A stretch of DNA of 64,000 bases from Synechococcus sp. UW140 (GTDB taxonomy: Bacteria > Cyanobacteriota > Cyanobacteriia > PCC-6307 > Cyanobiaceae), in assembly GCA_943373125.1 (NCBI GenBank), contig CALSBG010000007.1, forward strand, positions 15,705-79,704, read 5' to 3'. Each line of letters starts with the position of its first letter. Position 1 is the first letter of the stretch. A model generated the notes under the pieces. The model searched no databases and was not told the origin of the DNA. It worked only from the letters and a program-made list of their open reading frames with translations. This document shows positions 40,368-50,142 of this stretch, piece by piece. The position numbers were made by a program, and so were the translations under genes.

Positions 40368-42043
40368 GGCTTCTGCGCTGCAAGGAGGCTAAGGGCCCTT
40401 CCCGGTTCGCCCCAGAGTTGTTCCGCCTGGCGATGGCGCACGGTGCCGGGGGCGGCGCCAGGGATGCGCTGGAGGGCCTCAATCGGAACCATCACCACGG
40501 GCACCCGACTGTTGCCCCTGCCGCGGCTGAAATGGGCCGCCAGATCGGCGGCTGTTTGGAGATCTTCGTCGGTCGCCATCCCTTCGGAAGCCTTGAGCAC
40601 CACATGGCTACCTGGCAGTTCTTGGGCATGGAACCAAAGGTCGCCCCGGCGGGCTTGCTTAAACGAAATCCACTCGTTCTGGCGGTGGTTGCGGCCCACT
40701 TGCACGGCCAGGCCCCCCAGGCTCTGCACCTGCAGGGGCTCGGGTTGGGCCGGCTCCCCCAGTTTGCGATCACGGCGACCGGATCGGGTCCCAGCAGCCG
40801 ATTTCACCCCTGCCGACCTGGCCTTGCTGCCACTGCCAAGGAGCCCCAGGAGTTCATGTTGTAGCCCTTCGATCTCTGGGATGGTGCTGGCCTGCTCCAA
40901 GAAGGTGAGACTGTTTTCTAGGGCGGCCAGCCGCTGGTGGTGGAGTTCCAGCCGCGGCGTGATCGCTGCCACCGAGCGGCGCAATTTGCGGGCCCGCTTG
41001 TAGAGCTTCTGGGCCATGTCAACGCATTGGCGGCTGGGTTGCCGTTGGCTCAGGAGGGCGTCGGCCTGCTGCTGCATGGTGTCGCTTTCCGGCACCGCCT
41101 CCAACAGGGCCTGCTGGGCTTGGGCCTCGCGGGTCTCCCGCTCGGCGGCGCGCTGCAAGGTTTGACCCAACTGGTGGCGGCGCTGGGCCAACCGTTGTTG
41201 ATCCAGATGGTTGCCGTAGTAGGCCGCCATGGCTTGGTTAATCGCCAGGGGCGGGCTCTGGGGGCTGGAGAGGGCCGGCCAACAGCGGTAGCCGCCGCCG
41301 TTTTGCTGCCAAGCAAAGCCCTCGGCTTCAACGCACCCCAGCCAGCACTGCCAGCACTCCCAAAGCTGGTGCCATTGGCTGGTTGTGAGCTCCTCCACAC
41401 TCAAGCCCTGCCAGTCGGCAGGGAGCAGCTGCTGGATTAAGGCCGGACTCATTCCCTGGTAGGCGCTGGCTAGGGCTTGCCCAAGGGGGAGGGGCAGCAG
41501 GCTGAGGCGCCGCTGCCAGCTGGCCATGGTTTCGCCGCTTTGGGGTGGTTCCCCGGTCAGGGGGGGCGGTGGTTGGTAGGGGTCGCCGGTGCCAATCGGC
41601 CGCAGCCTTGATTGCTGGGGTTTCACCTGACGGCCCAGGGCGATCGCCTGCCTGCTTTGATCCAGTAGCAGCAGATTGCTGTGCCGCCCCATCAGCTCCA
41701 TGACCAGGGTGCGTTCAATGGCCTCGCCGGGGCGCCTGGAAAAGCCCAGTTCCACCACCCGCTCCCAGCCGGCCTGGGAGATGGAGCCCAGGGCCAGGCC
41801 CCGCAGGCTGTGCTGCAGCTGCTGGGCCAGGGTGCTCCCATCTCCGAGGCGGGGTGGGGCGGCCACGCTATGAACCCGGGCTGCCTCGGCCTGCCAACTC
41901 AGTTCCAGCCAATGGATCCCCTCCAGGCTGCGTAACCCGATCTGGATGCTGTGGGGAGTGGCCTGCTGGGCCTTCTCAAAGCGGCTGGGTAGGAGATGGC
42001 TGCGCCATTCACTGAGCACAGCCTTGAGGCTGGTCACATCCAT
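40364..42043 (-). CDS. NFACT (Rqc2/FbpA-like) ribosome quality control protein
   Basis: MDVTSLKA, ELMGRHSN, VGRNHRQNE, DLWFHAQELPGSHV, AADLAAHFSR. Confidence 0.9.
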   Translation of the reverse strand: MDVTSLKAVLSEWRSHLLPSRFEKAQQATPHSIQIGLRSLEGIHWLELSWQAEAARVHSVAAPPRLGDGSTLAQQLQHSLRGLALGSISQAGWERVVELGFSRRPGEAIERTLVMELMGRHSNLLLLDQSRQAIALGRQVKPQQSRLRPIGTGDPYQPPPPLTGEPPQSGETMASWQRRLSLLPLPLGQALASAYQGMSPALIQQLLPADWQGLSVEELTTSQWHQLWECWQCWLGCVEAEGFAWQQNGGGYRCWPALSSPQSPPLAINQAMAAYYGNHLDQQRLAQRRHQLGQTLQRAAERETREAQAQQALLEAVPESDTMQQQADALLSQRQPSRQCVDMAQKLYKRARKLRRSVAAITPRLELHHQRLAALENSLTFLEQASTIPEIEGLQHELLGLLGSGSKARSAGVKSAAGTRSGRRDRKLGEPAQPEPLQVQSLGGLAVQVGRNHRQNEWISFKQARRGDLWFHAQELPGSHVVLKASEGMATDEDLQTAADLAAHFSRGRGNSRVPVVMVPIEALQRIPGAAPGTVRHRQAEQLWGEPGRALSLLAAQKP

Positions 42044-42139
42044 TGGTTGCAAGCGAGCCTGGGGCTGCGCGCGGTCCATGGCTAGGGCGAAGGCCTTCAA
42101 TGCTGGCTTCTACTCTGCAGCCCCAAGCTGTTGCCTGCC

Positions 42140-42700
42140 ATGGTCGACGCCCTTCCCGGCCGCCTCACCTTGATCACTGGTCCCAGTGGCGTGGGCAAAG
42201 GCACCCTGGTGGCGCAGCTCCTGGCGAAGCATCCCGAGATCTGGCTGTCAATTTCTGCCACCACCCGAAGCCCGCGGGCCGGCGAAGTGGATGGTCAGCA
42301 TTACTTCTTTTTGAGTCGGGAGTCCTTTGAACAGCAGGTGGGTGTAGGCGGCTTTTTGGAGTGGGCCGAATTTGCCGGCAATCTCTACGGCACGCCCCGC
42401 AAACCCGTGGAGAACTCCTTGGCCCTGGGCCGTCCGGTGCTGTTGGAAATTGAACTGGAGGGGGCTCGCCAGGTGCGCCAAAGCTTTCCAGCCGGATTCC
42501 AGGTTTTCCTCAAGCCGCCATCCTTTGCGGAGCTCGAGCGCCGTATCCGGGGCCGGGGAACCGACAGCGAGGAGGCGATCAGCAAGCGCCTTGGCCGCGC
42601 CCGCGTGGAGCTGGAGGCGGAGGCGGAGTTCGATGCCGCCCTGGTGAATGGAGATCTGGCGACTGCCCTCGCTGAGCTCGAACGCTTGATGGGCCTTTAG
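42140..42700 (+). CDS. gmk: Guanylate kinase
   Basis: [44 protein letters not shown]. Confidence 0.97.
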   Translation: MVDALPGRLTLITGPSGVGKGTLVAQLLAKHPEIWLSISATTRSPRAGEVDGQHYFFLSRESFEQQVGVGGFLEWAEFAGNLYGTPRKPVENSLALGRPVLLEIELEGARQVRQSFPAGFQVFLKPPSFAELERRIRGRGTDSEEAISKRLGRARVELEAEAEFDAALVNGDLATALAELERLMGL

Positions 42701-42738
42701 ATCCTGACCGGATCGTGATGGGACCCTTAGCGCCATAC

Positions 42739-42795
42739 AAAAAGCGGCCCCAAGGGCCGCTTCTCACGTGGTCGCCAATCCGGGGGGATTGGCGA
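42739..42795 (-). terminator. Rho-independent terminator(s) between convergent gmk and psaJ
   Basis: AAGCGGCCC-caa-GGGCCGCTT with an A-tract (U-tract on the minus strand) at 42739-42762; second 10-bp stem TCGCCAATCC-gggg-GGATTGGCGA at 42772-42795. Confidence 0.75.
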
Positions 42796-42802
42796 ATCCA
42801 GA

Positions 42803-42919
42803 TCACATGGGGTGGAACAGGAGATCGGGATAGAAACGGTTGAATTCGATCAGGATTCCAGCGGTAACCGAAAACCAGAGGGCCGCAAAAACAGGAGCGG
42901 TAGTGAGGAATTTCTTCAT
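42803..42919 (-). CDS. psaJ: Photosystem I subunit IX (38 aa, missed by the ORF track)
   Basis: Manual translation [38 protein letters not shown], directly downstream of psaF. Confidence 0.97.
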   Translation of the reverse strand: MKKFLTTAPVFAALWFSVTAGILIEFNRFYPDLLFHPM

Positions 42920-42965
42920 GACTCAGAAAGTGATGCGTGGGAAAGGGGAATCGACGGGCTGGGGT

Positions 42966-43457
42966 TCAGCGGGGCGAAACGGTCACCTTGTTGTCGTTCT
43001 CAAGCAACTTGCCGCTCTTCAATTCATTGAGAGCTGCAAGGGGCCAGGTGGCTGCTGCCAGGGTGCTCTTCAGGGCAAGGGGAACATCGATCTGGATCTC
43101 TTTCATGGTCGCGTCCTTGTCGTTGCGGATCGCGGTCAAGTAATTGCGACCAGCCCAGCCGATGCAGCCGGCGATGTAGAGGAAGGCGATACCGGGGATC
43201 ATGAAGTCGCCGGCATGGTTCCAGCGGCCATCAACGATCAGATGGGGAAGGCCGTCAGCACCGCAGACAGCTTGGCTGTACATAGCGAAACGGGCCTTGG
43301 CTTGGTCAGTTTTAGCCCCAGCAGCGCGCTGCTGGAAGCGAGCGCTTTCTGCACAGGGGGTCAGGCCAGCCACGTCTGCCTTGGCCACGGGGGCGAAGCC
43401 GACGAGCAGGAAGACAGACAGCAGAGCTGCGAACAAACGGGGAAAAAGACGGCGCAT
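42966..43457 (-). CDS. psaF: Photosystem I subunit III
   Basis: [54 protein letters not shown]. Confidence 0.97.
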   Translation of the reverse strand: MRRLFPRLFAALLSVFLLVGFAPVAKADVAGLTPCAESARFQQRAAGAKTDQAKARFAMYSQAVCGADGLPHLIVDGRWNHAGDFMIPGIAFLYIAGCIGWAGRNYLTAIRNDKDATMKEIQIDVPLALKSTLAAATWPLAALNELKSGKLLENDNKVTVSPR

Positions 43458-43518
43458 CGGACGCAAGGCCGCGGGGCAAGATGTCACTGCCTAACCCTAT
43501 GAGAGTCCGCCCAAACGA

Positions 43519-44580
43519 ATGCCAACCGTTCTTGCCCTCGAAACAAGTTGTGACGAGTCGGCGGCAGCGATTGTGCGCGATCAGACCGTCTTGGCGAGTG
43601 CCGTTGCCTCCCAAGTGGAGGAACATGCCCGCTGGGGTGGCGTCGTACCGGAAATTGCCTCCCGCCGCCATGTGGAGGCCCTCCCCCAGCTGATTGCCCA
43701 GGTCTGCCATGACAGCGGCCTTGGGCCTGGGGATCTCGATGGGATCGCAGCAACGGCTGCCCCGGGGCTGGTGGGTGCCTTGCTGGTGGCATCCGTCACA
43801 GGACGCACCTTGGCCCGCCTGCACGGCAAACCTTTTTTGGGGGTGCATCACCTGGAAGGCCATCTCTGTTCAGTCCAGCTGGGGGACCCCTTGCCCCCAG
43901 GCCCCTACCTGGTGCTGTTGGTCAGTGGCGGGCACACCGAACTTCTGCGGGTCGATGGCCCGGGGTTGTATTCCAGGCTTGGGCGCAGCCACGACGATGC
44001 GGCCGGCGAGGCCTTCGACAAGGTGGCCAGGCTGCTTCACCTGGGCTATCCCGGCGGGCCCGCCATCGAGCAGGCCGCCCAGGGCGGAGATCCGGGCCGA
44101 TTTGTCCTGCCCAAGGGCAGGGTTTCAAGACCCGAGGGGGGCTATTTCCCCTATGACTTCAGCTTTAGCGGCCTCAAAACAGCAATGCTTCGCCAGGTGC
44201 GCGCCCTGGAGCAGCTGGTGGGATCCGACGACCTGCCGGTAGCCGACCTGGCCGCCAGTTTTGAGCAGGTGGTGGTTGAGGTGTTGGTGGAGCGCAGTTG
44301 CACCTGTGCCAAGCAACAGGGCCTCGAGACCCTTGTCTTGGTGGGCGGGGTAGCGGCCAACAAGCGGTTGCGCAGGCTCCTGGAGGAACGCTGTCGCTGC
44401 GATGGCCTCAACTGGCGGGTGGCACCGCTGCCCTATTGCACCGACAACGCCGCCATGATCGGAGTTGCAGCAGCCCAAAGGCTTTCGGCCGGATTGCAGA
44501 GCTCCATAGAGTTGGCCGTGGCCCCCCGGCTGCCGTTGGAGGAGGCCAGCCGCCTTTATCAAACCCAAGCCTGCTTTTAA
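43519..44580 (+). CDS. tsaD: tRNA N6-adenosine threonylcarbamoyltransferase
   Basis: [60 protein letters not shown]. Confidence 0.97.
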   Translation: MPTVLALETSCDESAAAIVRDQTVLASAVASQVEEHARWGGVVPEIASRRHVEALPQLIAQVCHDSGLGPGDLDGIAATAAPGLVGALLVASVTGRTLARLHGKPFLGVHHLEGHLCSVQLGDPLPPGPYLVLLVSGGHTELLRVDGPGLYSRLGRSHDDAAGEAFDKVARLLHLGYPGGPAIEQAAQGGDPGRFVLPKGRVSRPEGGYFPYDFSFSGLKTAMLRQVRALEQLVGSDDLPVADLAASFEQVVVEVLVERSCTCAKQQGLETLVLVGGVAANKRLRRLLEERCRCDGLNWRVAPLPYCTDNAAMIGVAAAQRLSAGLQSSIELAVAPRLPLEEASRLYQTQACF

Positions 44581-44619
44581 TCCCTCTAGGCTGCCGGAGT
44601 ACGGCATCGGTGTGTTGCG

Positions 44620-44868
44620 ATGACCCAGTTCGATCAGAAGATCGATTCAGACAGCATTCAAGTGAACGCCCAGGAGAACGTTCAGACTATCGATCAGGCG
44701 ATCGATCCTGAGCCTAATGCTGGAACGGAAGAAGTACCATCCAGCGAACTCAACGCCTGGCGCCGGGGTATTACTCCCCAGGCCGAAATTTGGAATGGCC
44801 GGCTGGCCATGATTGGGTTGTCGGTTGGGATCGGGGTGCTCTTGCTGGTTCGCATCGCCGGCCACTAG
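44620..44868 (+). CDS. hli: High light-inducible protein
   Basis: Chlorophyll-binding motif AEIWNGRLAMIG followed by one TM. Confidence 0.9.
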   Translation: MTQFDQKIDSDSIQVNAQENVQTIDQAIDPEPNAGTEEVPSSELNAWRRGITPQAEIWNGRLAMIGLSVGIGVLLLVRIAGH

Positions 44869-44900
44869 TTAGGGCTTGCTGCGGTTGAGCTTGTTGCGCA

Positions 44901-46121
44901 TCATTGGCGCCCGCGAAGGGCCTGGCTGAGTTCGTTGGGCTTCATGCTTTGGGCGATGGCATCGCTTGGGTCTACCCGGCCGGCTTCCACGAGCACCGTC
45001 AGGGATTGGTTAGCTGTCCGCATCCCCTCAAACGCGCTGCGGCCCATGATGGCCTCGATTTCCTCGAGTTCGCCACGCTGGATGTAGTCCTTGCAGGCAT
45101 CACTGTTGAGCAGAATGTCATGGAAGGCAGCCCTCTTGCCATCGGTGGTTTTCACCAGTCCTTGGGCGATCACCGCGAGGAGGGATTCCGAGAGCGCCAG
45201 GCGCAGGTTGGCTTGGGCTGAGGGGGCCACCATGCCCAGCACCCGCTCCACGGTTTTGACGGCGGAATTGGTGTGCAAGGTGCCAAACACCAGGTGACCG
45301 GTTTGGGAGGCTTCCAGGGCTGTGCTGAGGGTCTCCTGGTCGCGGATTTCGCCAATCATGATTACATCGGGGTCTTCGCGTAAGGCAGCACGAAGGGCCC
45401 GATCGAACATCTTGGTGTGCTGGCCCACTTCCCTCTGGCGAATCAGGGATTGTTGGCTGTGGTGCACAAATTCCACCGGATCCTCAATCGTGAGGATGTG
45501 GCGGGCCATGGTGCGGTTGATGTGGTCGATCATGGCGGCCAGGGTGGTGCTTTTGCCTGAGCCGGTGGGTCCGGTCACCAGCACCAGGCCCTTGGGCCTT
45601 TGGCAGATCTCCTGAAGAACCTCGGGCAGGCCGAGCTCTTCGATGCTGGCGATCGTTTGCGGGATCAGGCGCAGCACCATGGCGGGCCCCAGCAACGTTT
45701 CCAACAGGTTGATTCGAACCCTGGCGACATCAAAGCCAAAGGAGCCGTCGAACTCCTTGTCGCGGCGGAAGCTATCGAGTTGCGTGGGGCTGAGCAGTTC
45801 CTTCAGCCAGCTTGCAAAGGTGGCGGCATCAGTGGTGGGCCATTCCGTGCTCTGGATGTCGCCGCGGCAGCGAAAACGGGGCCCTTCCCCCACGCCGAGG
45901 TGCACATCGGAATAGCCATGCCTGTGGGCTTCGCGCACAATCGCTTCGAGGCTGGGACCTGCCGCCAGGCCAGCGTTAGCAGGTTCCTGACCGTCGGATT
46001 GTCGGGCCGGTAAGGGCGGGGCCGCTAAAGGAGCACCTGGTGAAGGTGGGGCCGGAAAGGGAGATGGGGGGGAGGGAGAACTCGGTGAGGGATACGCGGG
46101 AAATGGGGAGGACGATGTCAT
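44901..46121 (-). CDS. pilT: Type IV pilus retraction ATPase PilT-like
   Basis: SDVHL, GPTGSGKSTTLA, ILTIEDPVEF, ALREDPDVIMIGEIRD, TGHLVFGTLHT. Confidence 0.93.
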   Translation of the reverse strand: MTSSSPFPAYPSPSSPSPPSPFPAPPSPGAPLAAPPLPARQSDGQEPANAGLAAGPSLEAIVREAHRHGYSDVHLGVGEGPRFRCRGDIQSTEWPTTDAATFASWLKELLSPTQLDSFRRDKEFDGSFGFDVARVRINLLETLLGPAMVLRLIPQTIASIEELGLPEVLQEICQRPKGLVLVTGPTGSGKSTTLAAMIDHINRTMARHILTIEDPVEFVHHSQQSLIRQREVGQHTKMFDRALRAALREDPDVIMIGEIRDQETLSTALEASQTGHLVFGTLHTNSAVKTVERVLGMVAPSAQANLRLALSESLLAVIAQGLVKTTDGKRAAFHDILLNSDACKDYIQRGELEEIEAIMGRSAFEGMRTANQSLTVLVEAGRVDPSDAIAQSMKPNELSQALRGRQ

Positions 46122-46255
46122 CGCGGCAGCGCTGCATGGGTGCCGCCTGGGCGCGGCCTTGGTCACCCCAGCTTCGCCAGAGGGAAGCCTGATGTCAGCC
46201 CTTGGCCTTGACCATGACGCAAGCTCCGTAGGATCCGCTGGTCTGCTGCGCTCCG

Positions 46256-47371
46256 GTGCCCAAGCCACTCGTCACCATCGTGCTGGGCACCCGTCCGGAG
46301 GCCATCAAGTTGGCCCCGGTGATCCTGGCGTTTCAGCAGGCCTCAGATTTCCGCACCCGGGTGGTGCTCACCGGCCAGCACCGGGAAATGGTGAGCCAGG
46401 TGATGGACCTGTTCGGTTTGACGGCCGATCAGGACCTGGCCCTGATGGCCCCCAAACAAACCCTCACCCATGTGACCTGCGCCACCCTGACGGGCCTGAA
46501 GCAGGACTTTGCCGACCACCCACCGGATTTGGTGCTGGTTCAGGGCGACACCACCACGGCCTTCGCCTCTGCCTTGGCGGCGTTCTACGAGCAGATCCCC
46601 GTGGGGCACGTGGAAGCCGGGTTGCGGACCGACAACATCTTTGATCCTTTCCCTGAAGAAGCAAACCGCCGGCTGATTTCCCAGATAGCCCTGCTGCACT
46701 TTGCACCGACCTCTGTGTCGGCGGCCAATCTTCGGGCTTCCGGGGTGGTGGGCCAGATCCTCACCACGGGCAACACGGTGATTGATGCCCTGCTGCTGAT
46801 GGCTGAAAAAGCCCCCCCCTTCAGCTTGCCGGGCCTCGACTTTGGCGAGCAGCGGGTGATCCTGGCCACCGTGCACCGGCGCGAAAACTGGGGCGAGCGG
46901 CTCCTGGACATTGGCCGCGGCTTCAGGCAAGTGCTGGATCGTTTTCCCGATACCGCCCTGTTGCTGCCCCTGCACCGCAACCCCACGGTGCGGGAGCCCC
47001 TCCAATCCCTGCTTGGCGACCATCCCCGGGCCTTCCTCACCGAGCCCCTCGACTACGACCAACTGGTCGCCGCCCTGCGGGGGTCCACCTTGGTGCTGAG
47101 TGATTCCGGTGGCCTCCAGGAAGAGGCCCCCGCCCTTGGTAAACCCGTGCTTGTGCTGCGACGCACCACCGAACGGCCTGAGGCCGTGGATGCCGGTACG
47201 GCCAAGTTGATTGGCACCGATACGGCCAACATCGTGGCTGAGGCCAGTCGCTTGCTGGAGGATCCGACGGCCTATGAGGCGATGGCCCGCTCCCACAATC
47301 CCTTTGGCGACGGTTGGGCCAGTGGTCGCATCGTCGAGGCGGCCCGGGCCTTTTTGGCCCAACGCGATTAA
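46256..47371 (+). CDS. wecB: UDP-N-acetylglucosamine 2-epimerase (non-hydrolysing)
   Basis: GTRPEAIKLAP, TGQHREM, VQGDTTT, GHVEAGLRT, PFPEEANR, SDSGGLQEEAP. Confidence 0.96.
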   Translation: MPKPLVTIVLGTRPEAIKLAPVILAFQQASDFRTRVVLTGQHREMVSQVMDLFGLTADQDLALMAPKQTLTHVTCATLTGLKQDFADHPPDLVLVQGDTTTAFASALAAFYEQIPVGHVEAGLRTDNIFDPFPEEANRRLISQIALLHFAPTSVSAANLRASGVVGQILTTGNTVIDALLLMAEKAPPFSLPGLDFGEQRVILATVHRRENWGERLLDIGRGFRQVLDRFPDTALLLPLHRNPTVREPLQSLLGDHPRAFLTEPLDYDQLVAALRGSTLVLSDSGGLQEEAPALGKPVLVLRRTTERPEAVDAGTAKLIGTDTANIVAEASRLLEDPTAYEAMARSHNPFGDGWASGRIVEAARAFLAQRD

Positions 47372-47376
47372 ACGCC

Positions 47377-48534
47377 CTATTTGCGTTTTTTGGCCCAGGG
47401 GGGGAGGTCGATAAACACCCGGGTGCCGCTGGTCAAGCCGCTGAGGATCTGGGTGCTTTTGCCGCTGCTGATCCCCAGCTCCACCGATTGAAACTTCGGC
47501 TGGTTGCCCTCTCCCACGAGCAGCACCCCGGGCCGGCCGTCTTCGGTGACCACAGCCACGGTGGGGATCAGGGTTTTTGCTTGGATTTGGCCGGTTTGGA
47601 AGCCCACATCGGCGGTCATGCCAATCCGCAGGGCCCCTGGGGGCTCCAGCAGCCTGAGCACCACATCAAAGGAGGTGACGTTGTTGAGCTTGATGGCGCG
47701 GGGGGTGATCCGCTTGACTCGGGACGGGAAGGATCGGTCGGGGAAGGCATCCACCCGCACGGAGGCATTTTGGCCAAAGCGGATTCGGCCAATGTCGCTT
47801 TCGGGAACCTTGGCTACCACCTCAAGGCCCTGGGCCAACTCCACGATCGAGGAGCTGGTGGCGCCCGCCGTGGCCGAGGCCGTGGTGGTGGGTGTCACGA
47901 AGGAGCCGGGATCGGCATAGCGCTGGCTGATCACGCCGCTGAACGGGGCCCGCACAATCAATTCTTGGTTCTCCACCCGGCGAGCCTCCAGGCGCTGGCG
48001 CGCCGCCTCGACCGCCGATTGATCCACCAGGAAGGTGCTGCGCACGGTGTTGAAGTCGCTCAAACTGATGGCGCGCTGGCGATAGAGGCTTGAGTTGCGC
48101 TCCAGTTCGCTGCGGCTGCGGGAGAGCTGGGCCTGGCTGGATCGCAAATTGGCGGTGAGTTCACTCAAGCGATCCTGTAAATCGCCGCTATCCATCAGGG
48201 CTAGGGGTTGGCCCTTGACGACCAGATCGCCCTCCTCCACGTAGAGCGCGTCGATGACCCCCTGCCGCTTTGGGCTCACATTGACCCGTTTTTCCGCCTC
48301 CAGTTCCCCGGTGGCATTCACCACCCCAGGCAGGCTCCCAGCCGCGGCCAGCACGGTGTAGCCCTCCAGTTGGCGGGAGCTGTTGCCCCGTTTCTGCTGG
48401 CCGATCGCCACAGCGGCAACCAGAACCAATCCGGTGGCAACGCCAGCGAGCACCCACCGCCGTCGCAGGCCGGGGGGAAGCCAACTCGTGAGGGAGCTCA
48501 AGGGGGTGTTGCTTGGAATTGGCCTGGTTGGCAC
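47377..48534 (-). CDS. Efflux transporter periplasmic adaptor (membrane fusion protein)
   Basis: N-terminal TM, VNVSPKRQG, coiled coil, VRAPFSGVI, VPESDIG. Confidence 0.9.
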   Translation of the reverse strand: MPTRPIPSNTPLSSLTSWLPPGLRRRWVLAGVATGLVLVAAVAIGQQKRGNSSRQLEGYTVLAAAGSLPGVVNATGELEAEKRVNVSPKRQGVIDALYVEEGDLVVKGQPLALMDSGDLQDRLSELTANLRSSQAQLSRSRSELERNSSLYRQRAISLSDFNTVRSTFLVDQSAVEAARQRLEARRVENQELIVRAPFSGVISQRYADPGSFVTPTTTASATAGATSSSIVELAQGLEVVAKVPESDIGRIRFGQNASVRVDAFPDRSFPSRVKRITPRAIKLNNVTSFDVVLRLLEPPGALRIGMTADVGFQTGQIQAKTLIPTVAVVTEDGRPGVLLVGEGNQPKFQSVELGISSGKSTQILSGLTSGTRVFIDLPPWAKKRK

Positions 48535-48605
48535 TAAGCCCAGTCTCGCTGGTGGAGGGCAGGTGTTGCGAGTTTTGTGGAGCCCGGGCGATCTAGATTC
48601 GAATC

Positions 48606-49697
48606 ATGCTTAAAGCCGGAATTGTGGGCCTGCCCAACGTGGGCAAATCCACCCTCTTCAATGCCCTGGTCTCCAATGCCCAGGCCGAAGCTGCCAACTA
48701 TCCCTTTTGCACCATTGAACCCAATTCGGGGGTGGTGTCGGTGCCCGATCCACGGCTGGGCCAGTTGGCGGCACTGTCGGGTTCGAAGGAGGTGATTGCC
48801 ACCCGGGTCGAATTTGTCGACATCGCCGGCCTGGTGAAAGGGGCCAGCCAGGGCGAAGGCCTGGGCAACAAATTTCTGGCCACCATCCGTGAAGTCGACG
48901 CGATCGTCCATGTGGTCCGCTGCTTTGAAAACGACGACGTGATTCACGTTTCGGGTTCGGTGGGACCGGCCCGCGATGCCGAAGTGATCAACTTGGAATT
49001 GGGCCTGGCCGATTTATCCCAGATTGAGAAGCGTCGGGAACGGCTGAAAAAACAGGCCCGCACCAGCAAGGAAGCCCAAATCGAGGATGGCGTCCTCGAG
49101 CGCATTCAGGCGGTGTTGGAGGCAGGTGGTGCTGCCCGCAGTGTGGCGATCAGTGAGGAGGAGGCCGCCATGATCAAACCGCTCGGCCTGCTTACGGCCA
49201 AGCCGATCATCTTTGCCACCAATGTGGGTGAGGACGACCTCGCTTCCGGCAATGCCTACGTGGAGGAGGTGGAGGCCCTCGCGGCCCGGGAGGGGGCGGA
49301 AACCGTTCGAATTTCAGCCCAGGTCGAAGCCGAACTGATGGAGCTTCCCGAGGAGGATCGCGCCGAATTCTTGGCCGGTTTGGGAGTGACGGAAGGCGGG
49401 CTGCGAAGCCTGATTCGTGCCACCTATTCCCTACTAGGCCTGCGCACCTACTTCACCACCGGTGAGAAGGAAACCCGGGCCTGGACCATCAAGGCCGGCA
49501 TGACGGCGCCCCAGGCAGCGGGGGTGATCCACACCGATTTTGAGCGCGGTTTCATTCGCGCCCAAACCATTGGCTGCCAACAGCTGGTGGAGGCTGGTTC
49601 CCTCGCGGAAGCCAAGTCCAAGGGCTGGCTGCGGGCTGAGGGCAAGGAGTACGTGGTAGTTGAGGGCGACGTCATGGAATTTTTGTTCAACGTTTAA
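48606..49697 (+). CDS. ychF: Redox-regulated ATPase YchF
   Basis: GIVGLPNVGKSTLFN, NYPFCTIEPN, DIAGLVKGAS, GVIHTDFERGFIRA. Confidence 0.98.
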   Translation: MLKAGIVGLPNVGKSTLFNALVSNAQAEAANYPFCTIEPNSGVVSVPDPRLGQLAALSGSKEVIATRVEFVDIAGLVKGASQGEGLGNKFLATIREVDAIVHVVRCFENDDVIHVSGSVGPARDAEVINLELGLADLSQIEKRRERLKKQARTSKEAQIEDGVLERIQAVLEAGGAARSVAISEEEAAMIKPLGLLTAKPIIFATNVGEDDLASGNAYVEEVEALAAREGAETVRISAQVEAELMELPEEDRAEFLAGLGVTEGGLRSLIRATYSLLGLRTYFTTGEKETRAWTIKAGMTAPQAAGVIHTDFERGFIRAQTIGCQQLVEAGSLAEAKSKGWLRAEGKEYVVVEGDVMEFLFNV

Positions 49698-49708
49698 GCC
49701 GACCTTGT

Positions 49709-49757
49709 CCATGCAACTTGAGGCCATGCAACCTGAGGCCATGCAACCTGAGGCCAT
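49709..49757. repeat. 15-bp tandem repeat CCATGCAAC(T/C)TGAGG x3
   Basis: Copies at 49709, 49724 and 49739; partial copy at 49754. Confidence 0.9.
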
Positions 49758-49911
49758 TGACCTGGTGCATGCCTGGTTCTTGTGCCAGCGGCGCCATCCC
49801 GAGCCCTTGGATGGGGACTGCACCTGCGGGGGCCAATACCTCCAGCTTTCCGAACGGGAGCGGCAGTGGCTGCACACCGGCATCAGCGACTGGAGCTGTT
49901 GCGACGACTGA
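49711..49911 (+). CDS. Small Cys/His-rich hypothetical protein
   Basis: (MQ[L/P]EA)x3 then IDLVHAWFLCQRRHPEPLDGDCTCGGQYLQLSERERQWLHTGISDWSCCDD; fills the gap after ychF on the same strand. Confidence 0.55.
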   Translation: MQLEAMQPEAMQPEAIDLVHAWFLCQRRHPEPLDGDCTCGGQYLQLSERERQWLHTGISDWSCCDD

Positions 49912-49956
49912 ACCGGCGCCAGTTGCTTCAGAATGGAGTTCTTCCCTAGAGCTGCG

Positions 49957-50142
49957 ATGACCGCCCAGCCTTCCTCCCAGCCAGACCCCCAAGCCCCTGA
50001 CCCCAAGGCCCACGACTTTGAGGCCCAAAAGGAGCTCCACAAGAAGATCCGCAACGATCCCGATTACGACGACTGGGAATACGGCACGGAACCCTTGCCC
50101 CACGAGGCCTGGGTGGCTAATCAGCCTCCGGCCTCGACCTGA
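49957..50142 (+). CDS. Small acidic hypothetical protein
   Basis: MTAQPSSQPDPQAPDPKAHDFEAQKELHKKIRNDPDYDDWEYGTEPLPHEAW... Confidence 0.55.
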   Translation: MTAQPSSQPDPQAPDPKAHDFEAQKELHKKIRNDPDYDDWEYGTEPLPHEAWVANQPPAST

